This document shows, piece after piece, positions 12,438 to 24,119 of a DNA stretch of 64,000 nucleotides. Within the stretch, counting starts at the first letter, position 1. Every line of letters begins with the position of its first letter. The notes beneath the pieces are model-generated. The model saw only the letters and a program-made list of their open reading frames with translations. It was not told where the DNA came from and ran no database searches. The position numbers and the translations under genes are program-made. The stretch is from Octopus vulgaris (Eukaryota), in the NCBI GenBank assembly GCA_951406725.2, contig OX597822.1:45942001-46006000 (forward strand). The letters are read 5' to 3'.

Positions 12438-13335
12438 TACAAGGTGTTCGGGGGCTGAATTTGACAGTTTGCATTCAAGGAAAGGAAAACAGTAAACCAT
12501 CCAAAAATAAAAGTATATCCAAAAATCAAAAATTTATCAACCAGATCATGGCAGGGAGATAACAGTTTACTCAAATTAGCTGCCCTCAGCTTCCACCCTG
12601 GCCTCAAAACAGCTCCAGAACCTGGTACATGCATTCCTGTATCCCTTGGAAGATCTTCAAACACCTCCTTGATCTTGGTCACAGGTTCGGCCTTGGTGTT
12701 GCAGCCAGAGTGATTGGTGTCTTTCTCAACTGCACCCCACCCACAGTAATCCATGGGATTACAATCAGGGGGATTAGGAGGCCAGAAATTAGGGATAGAA
12801 AAGTTGTAAAAAGTTTCTAACATCCACTTCTCTTTCCAGAGGTATGGCAAGGTGGGTAAATCCTGCTGCTACACATATGGCCTTCCAGCAGTAACCCTTT
12901 CCAGCCAAGGATTGACCACAGTCCCCAGTAGCTTCGCGTAGCTGTCTGAATTGAGCCTAAGGCCCTGTTCAAAGATGTGGAGTGGCATAACATCATATTC
13001 ATTGGAGACACACCCAAAGACCATCACAATTTGGGGGAACTTGGTTTTCATAATACGTGGCACATCATAGCCTTTACAATATTCACAGAACACTGAGCAG
13101 CAATCATGACGCTGGCATTTTGACACCTGGCATGAATCATCATTATACAGGTAACTCTTTTCCAATATTCAGATGGCTTCCAGTCTTCCATGACAGTTAA
13201 TTTTCTCTCAACTACAACTTACATCTCCAAAACTTTTACTCTCCAACACCATTTTCACTTTTCACCAATACGTTGAGCTATTCCTGAAAAAAAGGAGATG
13301 TAAAAATCATAAAATTTAGCCTGAACATTCTGTGT
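12438..13335 (-). mobile_element. Decayed Tc1/mariner-superfamily transposon
   Basis: ORFs 12869..13165 and 12416..12850 (KTKFPQIVMVFG...WPPNPPDCNPMDY). Imperfect TIRs tacaaggtgttcggg / cctgaacattctgtg. Confidence 0.85.
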
Positions 13336-13628
13336 GTATGTGCTTTTATGTATATCCTTATTTATGCATCATGGGAAGGTTGAAAATGAGCCTCATTGTC
13401 ATACAGGGGAGGTTGTTTATTCCCAATCGTCCAGTGAGAAATATGTCTGGCCATTGCGGAAATGTTAACTGGCTTGGAAACAGGTGATGGTTGGTGACAG
13501 GAAAAGCATCCTGCTGTAGAAAACTTGCTTCAGCAAATTCCTAGCAAGAGGCAACTGTTTTCTAATAAAGAAACAAGAACTCTGTCACTGGAATTGCATA
13601 TGTGTGTGTGTGTGTGTGTGTGTATTTG

Positions 13629-13714
13629 TGCAGCTGAAGATGGAAAAGCATTTAAATTGATGTAATGATTGCATTGTTCAATTAAACGGAGCTGCTTGAA
13701 ATAGTTGTAGTGCA
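13629..13714 (+). ncRNA. Degenerate type I hammerhead motif with long stem II
   Basis: tgcag-CTGAAGA-[57-nt foldback]-GAAA-tagttg-TA-gtgca. Stem III looks like a decayed cagctg. Confidence 0.5.
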
Positions 13715-13771
13715 TCACTACTTGATACCCTGTTGCTTATTTTGATCATATAAATATATATATACATACAT

Positions 13772-13821
<50 letters not shown>

Positions 13822-13864
13822 ATATGTATGTATGTATATATATATATGTATGTATGTATGTATG

Positions 13865-13910
<46 letters not shown>

Positions 13911-14317
13911 TCATCATCATCGTTTAACGTCCGTTTTCCGTGCTAGCACAGGTTGGATGGTTCGACCAGGGTTTGGGAAGCCAGGAGGCTGCGCCAGGCT
14001 CCAGTCTGATCTGGCAGTGTTTCTATAGCTGGATGCCCTTCCTAATGCCAACCACTCCGTGAGTGTAGTGGGTGCTTTTTACGTGCCACCAGCACAGGTG
14101 CCAGGGGAGGCTGGCAGCGGCCACGATCAGTTGGTGCTTTTTACGTGCCACCGGCACAGGTATCACAACTACAATTTCCATTTGATATTTATTTTGATGT
14201 TGATGTACTTGACTCAATAGGTCTCCCCAAGCATAGCAAGTAACATGCCACCGGCACAGAAGCCAGTCAAGGCAGTGCTGGCATCGGCCACGTTCGAATG
14301 GTGCTGTTTACGTGCCA

Positions 14318-14699
14318 TGTATGTATATCTGTATACATGTATGTATATCTGTGTATACATGTATGTATGTATATGTGTGTATACATGTATGTATATATAT
14401 GTATGCATATGTATATAAGCTATGAACATACACATTGTTATTTTGGGGCGTAGTGCTGTTTATAGAATCATAAATGTAATCACAGGGAGTTGAGTGCAAC
14501 ACCAATATGTTTTTTTTATAACAAAAGTTAGACACCGATTGTGTTAATTGTGAGTAAGCTTGAAAGGGCGTGTGCTCGACTTCGTGATATCTGTGTCTGT
14601 GTGTCTGCAGGTTAGTTTTTTTTTGTTTGTATGTATGTATGTATGTATGTATGAATGTATACATGCATGTATGTATGTATGTATGCATGTATGTATGTG

Positions 14700-14733
<34 letters not shown>

Positions 14734-14821
14734 TGTATGTATGTATGCATGCATGCATGTATGTATGTATGTATGCATGCATACATGTATGTATGTATGT
14801 ATGCATGCATATATGTATGTG

Positions 14822-14855
<34 letters not shown>

Positions 14856-14945
14856 TGCATACATGTATGTATGCATATATGTATGTGTGTATGTATGTAT
14901 GTATGTATGTATGTATGCATACAGGTATGTATGTATTAATGTATT
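14318..14945. repeat. (TATG)n compound microsatellite blocks
   Basis: Seen directly in sequence. Similar TA/CA tracts at 590-712, 4064-4388 and 20317-20610. Confidence 0.95.
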
Positions 14946-15039
14946 TATACAATAAGATTATTCTCCACTTGTTTTAATTACACAATACATATATTTAAAA
15001 GAAACTTTTGACACCTTTTCAACTTTCAACTTTCTCGCT

Positions 15040-15977
15040 GTATGTGGCCAAGAACACCTTGATGGAAGAACACCTTTCATCTTGAAATCAAAGATGGTTG
15101 TTTTTCTTCTAGTGCTGACTTAAGCCGCTCAAGCTGCTTGCAGTAGATCTCCTTTTTTATTGCTTGGTTTGGATTTAAAACTTCAAAGTGGACTAAACCT
15201 TTCATATCCCACCAAACAGATAACAACACCTTATGTGGGTGAAAACCTTCTTTAGTTTGGGGTGCCGGTGTTTCTTCTTTCCCTACCCATTGTCTTCGGT
15301 TCCTGACATTTTCATAGAGAACCCATTTCTCATCACCAGTCACTATTCAGTCCAAAAAAGTTTCATTTGTGAGGTATGACAGCAAAGAAAAGCACACATT
15401 CACTCTCTATGTGTGATTAGACTCAGATGGTTTGCAAGGAACCCATTGACCCAATTTGCTGTCTTTTCCAGTGTCACGCAGGTATCGATGAATGGTTGAA
15501 TGACTAAATCCAAGCTTCTCTGCTAGTTCTTCAACAGTTATGATGGGATTTTGTCCCACCAGGGTTTGCAAAATGTCCTCATTGAGCTCTACAGATCTTC
15601 CAGGGCAAGGCTCATTTTCCAGGCTGTAATTTCCAGCCTGGAATTTCTGGAACCACCGCTCACATTGGCTTACACTTATTGTTCAAGCCCCATATACTGC
15701 ATTAACGTTTCCTTGCATTTTCCATTGTGTTGTTGCCTTTATTGAATTCATAAAGCAATATAAGACAAATATTCTCCTTTGTCACTTCCATGATAGCTTT
15801 TAACAAAAATATATGTTAAAATCAAACTGCACTCTTCAAAACTTGCACTAAGAATAAGCATAAGGTAAAATAACTACCTGCATTATAACAAGTTGATGCA
15901 GGTAGTTTATCCAGTTCCTCTCTGACTTTTAGTTCATGCAAGTGAAAAACCCACATTATTTATGGGATGACTCAATA
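15040..15977 (-). mobile_element. Decayed mariner transposon, 5' half
   Basis: ORF 15077..15343 TGDEKWVLYEN...KVLLSVWWDMKG. Terminus atttatgggatgactcaata is related to that of the 1.5-2.2 kb copy. Confidence 0.9.
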
Positions 15978-15980
15978 TAT

Positions 15981-16444
15981 ATATAAATTTATAAATAAGA
16001 ATAATATTGATATTTAAGTATCGATCTTAAATATCAATTTTATCCTTATTTATAAATTTATATATTTTGTCATTGTATTCACTGCGGTATTTATTTTGAT
16101 AATATCACATGGGGAGCTGTCAGGCAGGCAAATTTAAGCTGGTCGTGTACATACGTGCATATATATGTATGGGCATTCATATATGTGAGTATAATGTATG
16201 TTCTGTATATATATATATCTGTATTTATGTGCTATCTGGTATATTCAACTGAAGAAGGCAGAGCTTCTCTTATGCAAAGTCAGAAATCCAGGATCTTGAA
16301 TTATCCAGAAAAATCTTTTTTGCTAGTTTATTTTGCCTGTCTACTCTCCTAGTGCTATATGAACATTTAATGTGGCCTTAGGGTCAGGGTTTTGACTGCT
16401 ATTTCAGCGTGGTGGTATCTCTCAGGTACCCTAATTTATAGTTT

Positions 16445-16450
<6 letters not shown>
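15981..16450 (+). mobile_element. Older single copy of the 480-bp HHR element family with a short inverted 5' end
   Basis: Colinear similarity to the 21.5-22.8 kb unit (ttcactgcggt, catacgtgcatat, gatcttgaattat, tatgaacatttaa, gactgctattt). Ends in (TA)n. Confidence 0.75.
16236..16308 (+). ncRNA. Type I hammerhead ribozyme motif (diverged relative of the 480-bp array HHR)
   Basis: ctgg.tat.attcaa-CTGAAGA-a.ggc...gtc.a-GAAA-tcc(a)gga-TC-ttgaat.tat.ccag. Predicted cleavage after 16295. Confidence 0.75.
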
Positions 16451-16510
<60 letters not shown>

Positions 16511-16989
16511 CCACCCAACCACACACACATGTATGTATGCGTGAATATATGTATGTACATTTGTACGTATGTATATCTGTGTGTGTGTGTCTATGTACAT
16601 GTTACATATGTGTATAAATAACTATTTGAATAGAATATTTTGTTGCATTCAAAATTTTGTTGGATTATGAGCCAAATTCTTATTCAAGCAAAATAAAATT
16701 TGTAAAGAAATATCTTCCTTTTACATGTTTTATAAAAAGCGGGTGTGGCAAATAAAACCTTTTCTCTTTTCCTTTGAACTGGTGACTGATTATTTCTATA
16801 TTCATATTTTATTTGTTCTTCATTAATAGAAATAAACTCAAGTTCCGTCAGTCAAGGTTGTACTCAACACTTATCGCAAATACTGGCTTATTATTTATTT
16901 GTGAGGCCGCGTTACAGTTGATTTGATGTAAAGGTTGTTAACAAATTTAATAAGACTCTTACATCAAAAATGCTATATGATCCTTTTGG

Positions 16990-17450
16990 ATGTGTAATGC
17001 CAGTGTGCATACACAACAGAGTGTAAGTGCCCTGAGGGAAAAGTTGGACATAAGAAGCATCTGATGTGGTGTGCAAGAGAGATGACTGTGCTGGTATGGT
17101 CATGTGTTATGTATGGATGAGGACAGCTCTGTGAAGAAGTGCAACACCTTAACAGTGGAGGAAACCAGTGGAAGGGGTAGGCCCAGAAACACCTGGGATG
17201 AGATGGTGAAGCATGACTTTCAAATGTTGGACTTCTCAAGGGCAATGACAAATGACCAAGACCTTTGGAGATATGCTGTGCTTGAGAAGACACAGCAAGC
17301 CAAGTGAGACTATAGGTGTGGCCCAGGCCAGAGTCATATAACCGGCCTATTTAAACATATCCTTCAATTGTCAGGCAATATGCTGTGCTTGAGAAAACCT
17401 GTTGAGTCAAATGAAATCATTGTTGTGGCTGTTGCCAATACCACCTGACT
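16990..17450 (+). mobile_element. RTE-clade LINE ORF 3' fragment
   Basis: WYGHVLCMDEDSSVKKCNTLTVEETSGRGRPRNTWDEMVKHD. Related pieces at 11225-11460 and 24430-24900. Confidence 0.8.
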
Positions 17451-20074
17451 GTTCATTCTTTAAAACCAGCACTTGGTATTCTTGGTCATCAATACATTTA
17501 CCATCAAAATGCAATGATCAGTTTTCTAAATGTAGCGTTTTCTTCATTTTCTTTTTTTATCTTAACAGCTTTGATAGTTGGTCTATAAATACTGGTTTGG
17601 GAAGGAGTCTTGGCATTGATTCCATCTTGATATCACTGTCAACAAACTGTTGCTGCTTTTTAGATAGATAGCTTGGAAGATATTACTAACTTGGTTGCAG
17701 TTCCAGTTTTGCTATACTTCCTCCTTGTTTGTGTGGATTCTTCATCTGATTTTTCAGATTCACTTTCAGTCTCTGCTTCAGACGTTGATGATGACACTGG
17801 AGTTGCTCTGGTTGAAGTTGGATGGATGGCTAGTTTTGGAACTGACTGCTTTTCCAGTTCCATACTCAACCTGTCCCTTGCTTTCATTTGAAGATAATTT
17901 AACCTTCAAGCCTCACTGCACAGCCATTCACCGTTTTCCGTTGTGATATCAAAAATTCCTTTCAGTGAATCATATTTTCCTTGTTTTACACATTTATCGT
18001 TGGTATTCAGCACTTTTTCTACTTTTGCTTGTATATTTTAAATTCATAAATATGGGAAATTTAATTTCTTTTGCCATATAAAAGTTACTTCTTTTGGAAT
18101 TTCTTTTATTGTTTCTTTCCTTTCCTTTGATGGTACCTCCAAGAAACAGGTAGCGACCAACAATTTGAAGTTTCATTGGTGTCCTGTAGTTGTTTTCCAA
18201 AGAATGTCTTCTAGAGGAACAAGTCTTCTTTTTCTATGTGAGTCTTAAAATTGCACAAGATTCTGTGACATAGGCACTTCTCTTATGAGACATTATTTTA
18301 GATACTCTAGTTGGATAAGCCTAATATTCTGAAAAACAATTAATATTGGCAGGATTTTTAGCATCACAGAAATAAAAAGGAGAGGTAGAAGATATTTCCT
18401 AAAGTAGGGCCTGAGTTGTAACAAATTAAAAACTCTATAACTCCTAAACTACTCAAACATGAAAGCTGAAATTTGAGATATACTGCTTCTGCATGGCATT
18501 AAGTCAGCAGACCAAGTTTGGTAAAATTTTCAGTAGGCATGACACCCCCACCCACTGAAATTATGCATGATTTGGGTCAAAAGTGGTGTTAGATTTCTTC
18601 AGTTGGGAGTGACGTTTTTTAACTTTTTGAAATTGTTCATCGACTTCTGATACAGGAAATTGTTTACTTCCATAAAGATCAAAAAGTCATAACTCTAATA
18701 TGTGTATTTAAATATACTAGCTTAAAAGCTGCACTCAGTGTAGACTTTTAAGATAGCTCCTGTGGATAGCTAATAGGGCTTGTGGCCCAAAACTAAAGAG
18801 GACTAAATAACATGACTGTAATGCATCTATAATGACTATATGACCTGGTGGTGTTTGATCAGAGGTCAAGGATGGATAAGAATTAATTCTGTAATGCAAT
18901 CATTCTATTGTTCCAGTCTTAATTTGAAATCCAGCTGTTGGCCAATTTGTTCCAAAGTTCTTATCTCATCATCATCATCATCATCATCATAATCGGTTAA
19001 CGTCCGTTTTCCATGCTAACATGGGTTGGATGGTTCGACCAGGGTCTGGGAAGCCAGGAGGCTGCACCAGGCTCCAGTCTGATCTGGCAGTGTTTCTACA
19101 GCTGGATGCCCTTCCTAACGCCAACCACTCCGTGAGTGTAGTGGGTGCTTTTTATGTGCCAGGCGAGGCTGACAACTGCCACAATCAGTTGGTGCTTTTT
19201 ATGTGCCCCTAGCAAAATATATATATATATGTATATATATATCATCATCATTTAATGTCCGTTTTCCATGCTAACATGGGTTGGACAGTTCAACCGGGGT
19301 CTGGGAAGCCAGGAGGCTGCACCAGGCTCCAGTCTGATCTGGCAGTGTTTCTACAGCTGGATGCCCTTCCTAACGCCAACCACTCCATGAGTGTAGTGGG
19401 TGCTTTTTACGTGCCACTGGCACAGATGCCAAGGGAGGCTGGCAATGGCCACGATCGGTTGGTGCTTTTTACGTGCCACTGGCACGGAAGCCAGTCAAGG
19501 CAGCGCTGGCAGCGGCCACGTTCGGATGGTGCATTTTACATGCCACCGGCACAGGTATCACAACTACAATTTCCATTTGATTTTTTGATGTTGATGTACT
19601 TGACTCAATAGGTCTCCTCAAGCACAGTATGTGTATAGATATATCATCGTCATCATCACAGTGTGTGTATATATATATACACACACCAGGGACATGCTGC
19701 CTAGGTAGCCAGTGCCTACCTTGAATAAAATAGATTGATAGCAATATTTTCCTTTCATGGCAAAACATGTACCTAATTCAATAAAATTATGAAGGTTACT
19801 CTGATTACTATGCATAAAATGCAAAATATTATATTTTTTGTAGATTAGGTAGGCATAATTCGTCCTTGCCTTTCAATCTCAATATATAAGTAATGCATAG
19901 AACTGCTATAGTACATGTGCTACGTACACTCTTACAACAATGTTTTCTTTACGTGTTACAAAGGCAAAAGTAAATCTGCCTTCAACTCAGTCACGTGTTT
20001 CACTTATTTTTTGTGTGTTTTACAACATAAATGTCACCAACTGCCTACCCTGAGTAATTACTGACAGCATGTGC

Positions 20075-20114
<40 letters not shown>

Positions 20115-20330
20115 ATCCAAACATGAAAACACAAAGAGAAAGCACAACAATACGAGGACGTGGAACAAATATAGTATTATTGGACACTCAGGAAGGAAGG
20201 GAAGAAGGAGGGTTTTACATTTTGAGCGGAGCTCTTTGTCAGAAACATAGGAAAAGGAAAGATCCAGAGAAGGGAAGACGGAGGAAAAAAAAATCACCAA
20301 CGGTACACACGCAGTCACACACACACACAC

Positions 20331-20414
<84 letters not shown>

Positions 20415-20417
20415 GTG

Positions 20418-20498
<81 letters not shown>

Positions 20499-20510
20499 CG
20501 TATATATCTA

Positions 20511-20544
<34 letters not shown>

Positions 20545-20552
20545 CGTGTATA

Positions 20553-20604
<52 letters not shown>

Positions 20605-20609
20605 AATAA

Positions 20610-21002
20610 TTGTGTACAGTGCTCAGGTGCACTACAACTCATCTAAAGTGTATATATAATCAGGTGTAGTTTCGGCGGATTTCGGAAAGCATGAGGGCCT
20701 TAAAGGATGCAGTGTCATGGCAGTCAACAACTGACGCAGGCAGTTTATTCCATGCTTCAGCAACTCTGAGCGTGAAAAAATGTTTCCGAAAGTCATGGGA
20801 GCTGTGTTGTTTTCTGACTTTGTAGGCATGTCCATGTGTGTTAGACACATGGAGATCAAAAAGGTGTTCAGTGTTGTTGTTGGTGAGGTGGATGATAACT
20901 TTGTGGGTGTTTACCAAGTCCATCGCCAGATGCCGGAGCTTCAGTGAATCCATACCCAGGGAAACAAGGCGCTCAGAATATGGTAGGTGTCTGATGGAGG
21001 GT
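20610..21002 (-). mobile_element. 5'-truncated CR1-clade LINE 3' end
   Basis: ORF 20660..20953 with THGHAYKV...RKHFFTLRVAEAWNKLP...FK, the CR1-type ORF2 C-terminus. (ATT)n tail. Confidence 0.85.
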
Positions 21003-21037
21003 ATATATATATAAATATATATATACGTGTATATCTA

Positions 21038-21090
<53 letters not shown>

Positions 21091-21316
21091 TTATATATGA
21101 GGATAATATCGATATTTAAGTATCAAATTATCAAGTGGCCAGCATGAAAAAAATACCTTACAAAGGTAAAAAATTTTTTAACAATTAAAAATGAGGGTGT
21201 CTAAAAGACACCAACATGCCGAAATAGCAGTCGAAATTCTGACTATAAAACCACGTTAAATGTTCATATCGCACCATGAGGTAAAGCGGAGGGACAAAAC
21301 ATACAAGCAAAAATTA

Positions 21317-21390
21317 TTGAATAATTCAAGATCCAAGGATTTCTGGTTCTGCTTTAAATAAGCTTTACCGTCATCAATTGAATATATCAA
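21317..21390 (-). ncRNA. Hammerhead motif in the inverted 480-bp unit
   Basis: Reverse complement of 21683-21756. Confidence 0.72.
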
Positions 21391-21682
21391 GGGTACATAA
21401 ATACAGATATATATATGCACAGCAAACGATATACTTACATATACGAGCGCCGTACATACATACATATGCACGTATGGACACAGCCATTTTAATTGCCCGC
21501 CAAATCACCGCATAAATACGATATGGTTAAAATACGATATGGTTAACCATATCGTATTTATGCGGTGATTTGGTGGGCAATTAAAATGGCTGTGTCCATA
21601 CGTGCATATGTATGTATGTGCGACGCTCGTATATGTAAGTATATCGTTTGCTGTGCATATATATATCTGTATTTATGTACCC

Positions 21683-21756
21683 TTGATATATTCAATTGAT
21701 GACGGTAAAGCTTATTTAAAGCAGAACCAGAAATCCTTGGATCTTGAATTATTCAA
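21683..21756 (+). ncRNA. Type I hammerhead motif, unit 1 (core UUGAUGA, C3U variant)
   Basis: ttga.tat.attcaa-TTGATGA-c.ggt...gctt...aagc...acc.a-GAAA-tcc(tt)gga-TC-ttgaat.tat.tcaa. Predicted cleavage after 21743. Confidence 0.75.
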
Positions 21757-22162
21757 TAATTTTTGCTTGTATGTTTTGTCCCTCCGCTTTACCTCATGGT
21801 GCGATATGAACATTTAACGTGGTTTTATAGTCAGAATTTTGACTGCTATTTCGGCATGTTGGTGTCTTTTAGACACCCTCATTTTTAATTGTTAAAAAAT
21901 TTTTTACCTTTGTAAGGTATTTTTTTCATGCTGGCCACTTGATAATTTGATACTTAAATATCGATATTATCCTCATATATAAATTTATATAATTCGTTAT
22001 TATATTCACTGCGGTGCTTATTTTAACCATATCGTATTTATGCGGTGATTTGGTGGGCAATTCAAATGGCTGTGTCCATACGTGCATATGTATGTATGTG
22101 CGACACTCGTATATGTAAGTATATCGTTTGCTGTGCATATATATATCTGTATTTATGTACCC

Positions 22163-22236
22163 TTGATATATTCAATTGATGACGGTAAAGCTTATTTAAA
22201 GCAGAACCAGAAATCCTTGGATCTTGAATTATTCAA
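22163..22236 (+). ncRNA. Type I hammerhead motif, unit 2
   Basis: Identical to unit 1, shifted by 480 nt. Confidence 0.75.
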
Positions 22237-22642
22237 TAATTTTTGCTTGTATGTTTTGTCCCTCCGCTTTACCTCATGGTGCGATATGAACATTTAACGT
22301 GGTTTTATAGTCAGAATTTTGACTGCTATTTCGGCATGTTGGTGTCTTTTAGACACCCTCATTTTTAATTGTTAAAAAATTTTTTACCTTTGTAAGGTAT
22401 TTTTTTCATGCTGGCCACTTGATAATTTGATACTTAAATATCGATATTATCCTCATATATAAATTTATATAATTCGTTATTATATTCACTGCGGTGCTTA
22501 TTTTAACCATATCGTATTTATGCGGTGATTTGGTGGGCAATTCAAATGGCTGTGTCCATACGTGCATATGTATGTATGTGCGACACTCGTATATGTAAGT
22601 ATATCGTTTGCTGTGCATATATATATCTGTATTTATGTACCC

Positions 22643-22716
22643 TTGATATATTCAATTGATGAAGGTAAAGCTTATTTAAAGCAGAACCAGAAATCCTTGG
22701 ATCTTGAATTATTCAA
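22643..22716 (+). ncRNA. Type I hammerhead motif, unit 3
   Basis: Shifted by 960 nt from unit 1; one substitution (gatgaagg versus gatgacgg). Confidence 0.75.
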
Positions 22717-23259
22717 TAATTTTTGCTTGTATGTTTTGTCCCTCCGCTTTACCTCATGGTGCGATATGAACATTTAACGTGGTTTTATAGTCAGAATTTC
22801 GACTGCTATTTCGGCATGTTGGTGTCTTTTAGACACCCTCATTTTTAATTATATATATATATATATATGTAAACACAATAGAGGACATTAAAACATTTGG
22901 ACAGATGATACAAAGGCGGACAAGAGAAATATCAATTAGAAGGACAGGCAAAAAAAGTCAGGTCATTTGTGGCTTTCTTTCCTCAGTCAAATTCCAGAAG
23001 TCACGACCATTTCAGGCAGTTACACTTGAGATGATACGATCTGGTTGCCCTTCAATCATTTGCCATGCCTGACTGCTAATTCCACAAGTATTTTATTCTC
23101 TCTCTGTATATTTTCTCATATTCCTTTCTATTGAAGAGTGTAGGCTCAAAACGTAAAAAAATTTGTCACTTTCCCAAGTGTCAAACTAATACACCTGTTT
23201 GTTGTTCATACACCTGTCTTCGTCTCTGGTTTAACTGTAAATTTCAACTATATATATTC

Positions 23260-23290
<31 letters not shown>

Positions 23291-23292
<2 letters not shown>

Positions 23293-24119
23293 CTGTATAC
23301 ACCCGAGTAATTGTTGATCTTATGTAAAAGTCGACCCCCTAGTTTTGGCCAAAAAATTGAGAATATTCCATAGGCTCTGTATAAAATTCAACCCTAGTAT
23401 TTTCCGAACAACAGGACAACATTTGTGGGTCAAGGCATCGTATTATTCTGCACGTAGAAATAACACTGTTACAAAACTCTGTGGCTACTTTACTGTAGCC
23501 TGTTCTGTGGGTAGAATGCTTGGTACTTATAATGGAATGCTCGGTGCTTATAATAAAACACCATTTAATAGCGAGCACTGCACATGCGTTGATGGGTGCC
23601 ACATCACAATGACCAAAATGTATGCACAGGATATGCTGCAAGCATATTTCTTTTCCACTTCTGAAATCTCGATTTCACTTACACTAATTAACTTTTCAAG
23701 AGCGAACAGAAACAGAGTCTCTTTCCACGATACTTGACATCCAAAAACAACAATCTCAAAATCCTTCCTGTCCCCGAGAGAGCGGTTTTCTGAGCATATA
23801 CTACCTGATGTCTACCCCAAGGTCTCCAACACACTTCTCAAACTTGGTTGTTAATGATCCCAGTGTTCCTACAACTGCCCAGATGACAATTACTTCCTTC
23901 ATTACCCACATCATGCAATTTCATCTTTTAATGGATTGTATCATCATTATCACCATCATCATTGTCGTCATCAGTTAGGTTTCGCTGCTGATACGGTACT
24001 TCGGATTCTAGCTTGAATTTCAGCCCCTCAAAAGTAGTATCCGTGTAATAGTCGACCCCATAAATTTTACCTTAAAAAATTGTCTAAAAATTTCAACTTT
24101 GACACGTGTATATACGGTA
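23291..24119. mobile_element. Non-autonomous pogo/Tc1-type DNA element with TIRs and a nested LINE fragment (~23735-23975)
   Basis: 5' tactgtatacacccgagtaattgttga versus reverse complement of 3' taccgtatatacacgtgtcaaagttga. TA flanks; subterminal agtcgacccc repeats. Confidence 0.7.

Larger units (their letters stand above)
21083..22850. mobile_element. Non-autonomous Penelope-like/retrozyme array: one inverted copy plus ~2.7 direct copies of a 480-bp HHR-bearing unit, inserted in (TA)n
   Basis: Exact 480-nt period (21543, 22023, 22503). 21083-21534 is the reverse complement of the unit. (TA)n on both sides, no real ORF, one HHR per unit. Confidence 0.8.

Noticed and set aside
558-14977. Many long YI/HT/CV-rich ORFs
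   Set aside because: They are translations of TA, CA and TATG microsatellites.
21256-22777. Repeated 70-71 aa ORFs in the 480-bp array
   Set aside because: They are a by-product of the repeat, with GTG starts, no domain, and a frame not preserved as coding in the 16-kb relative.
22975-23025. Minus-strand GAAA...CTGAGGA as a type II/III hammerhead
   Set aside because: The stems do not pair convincingly.
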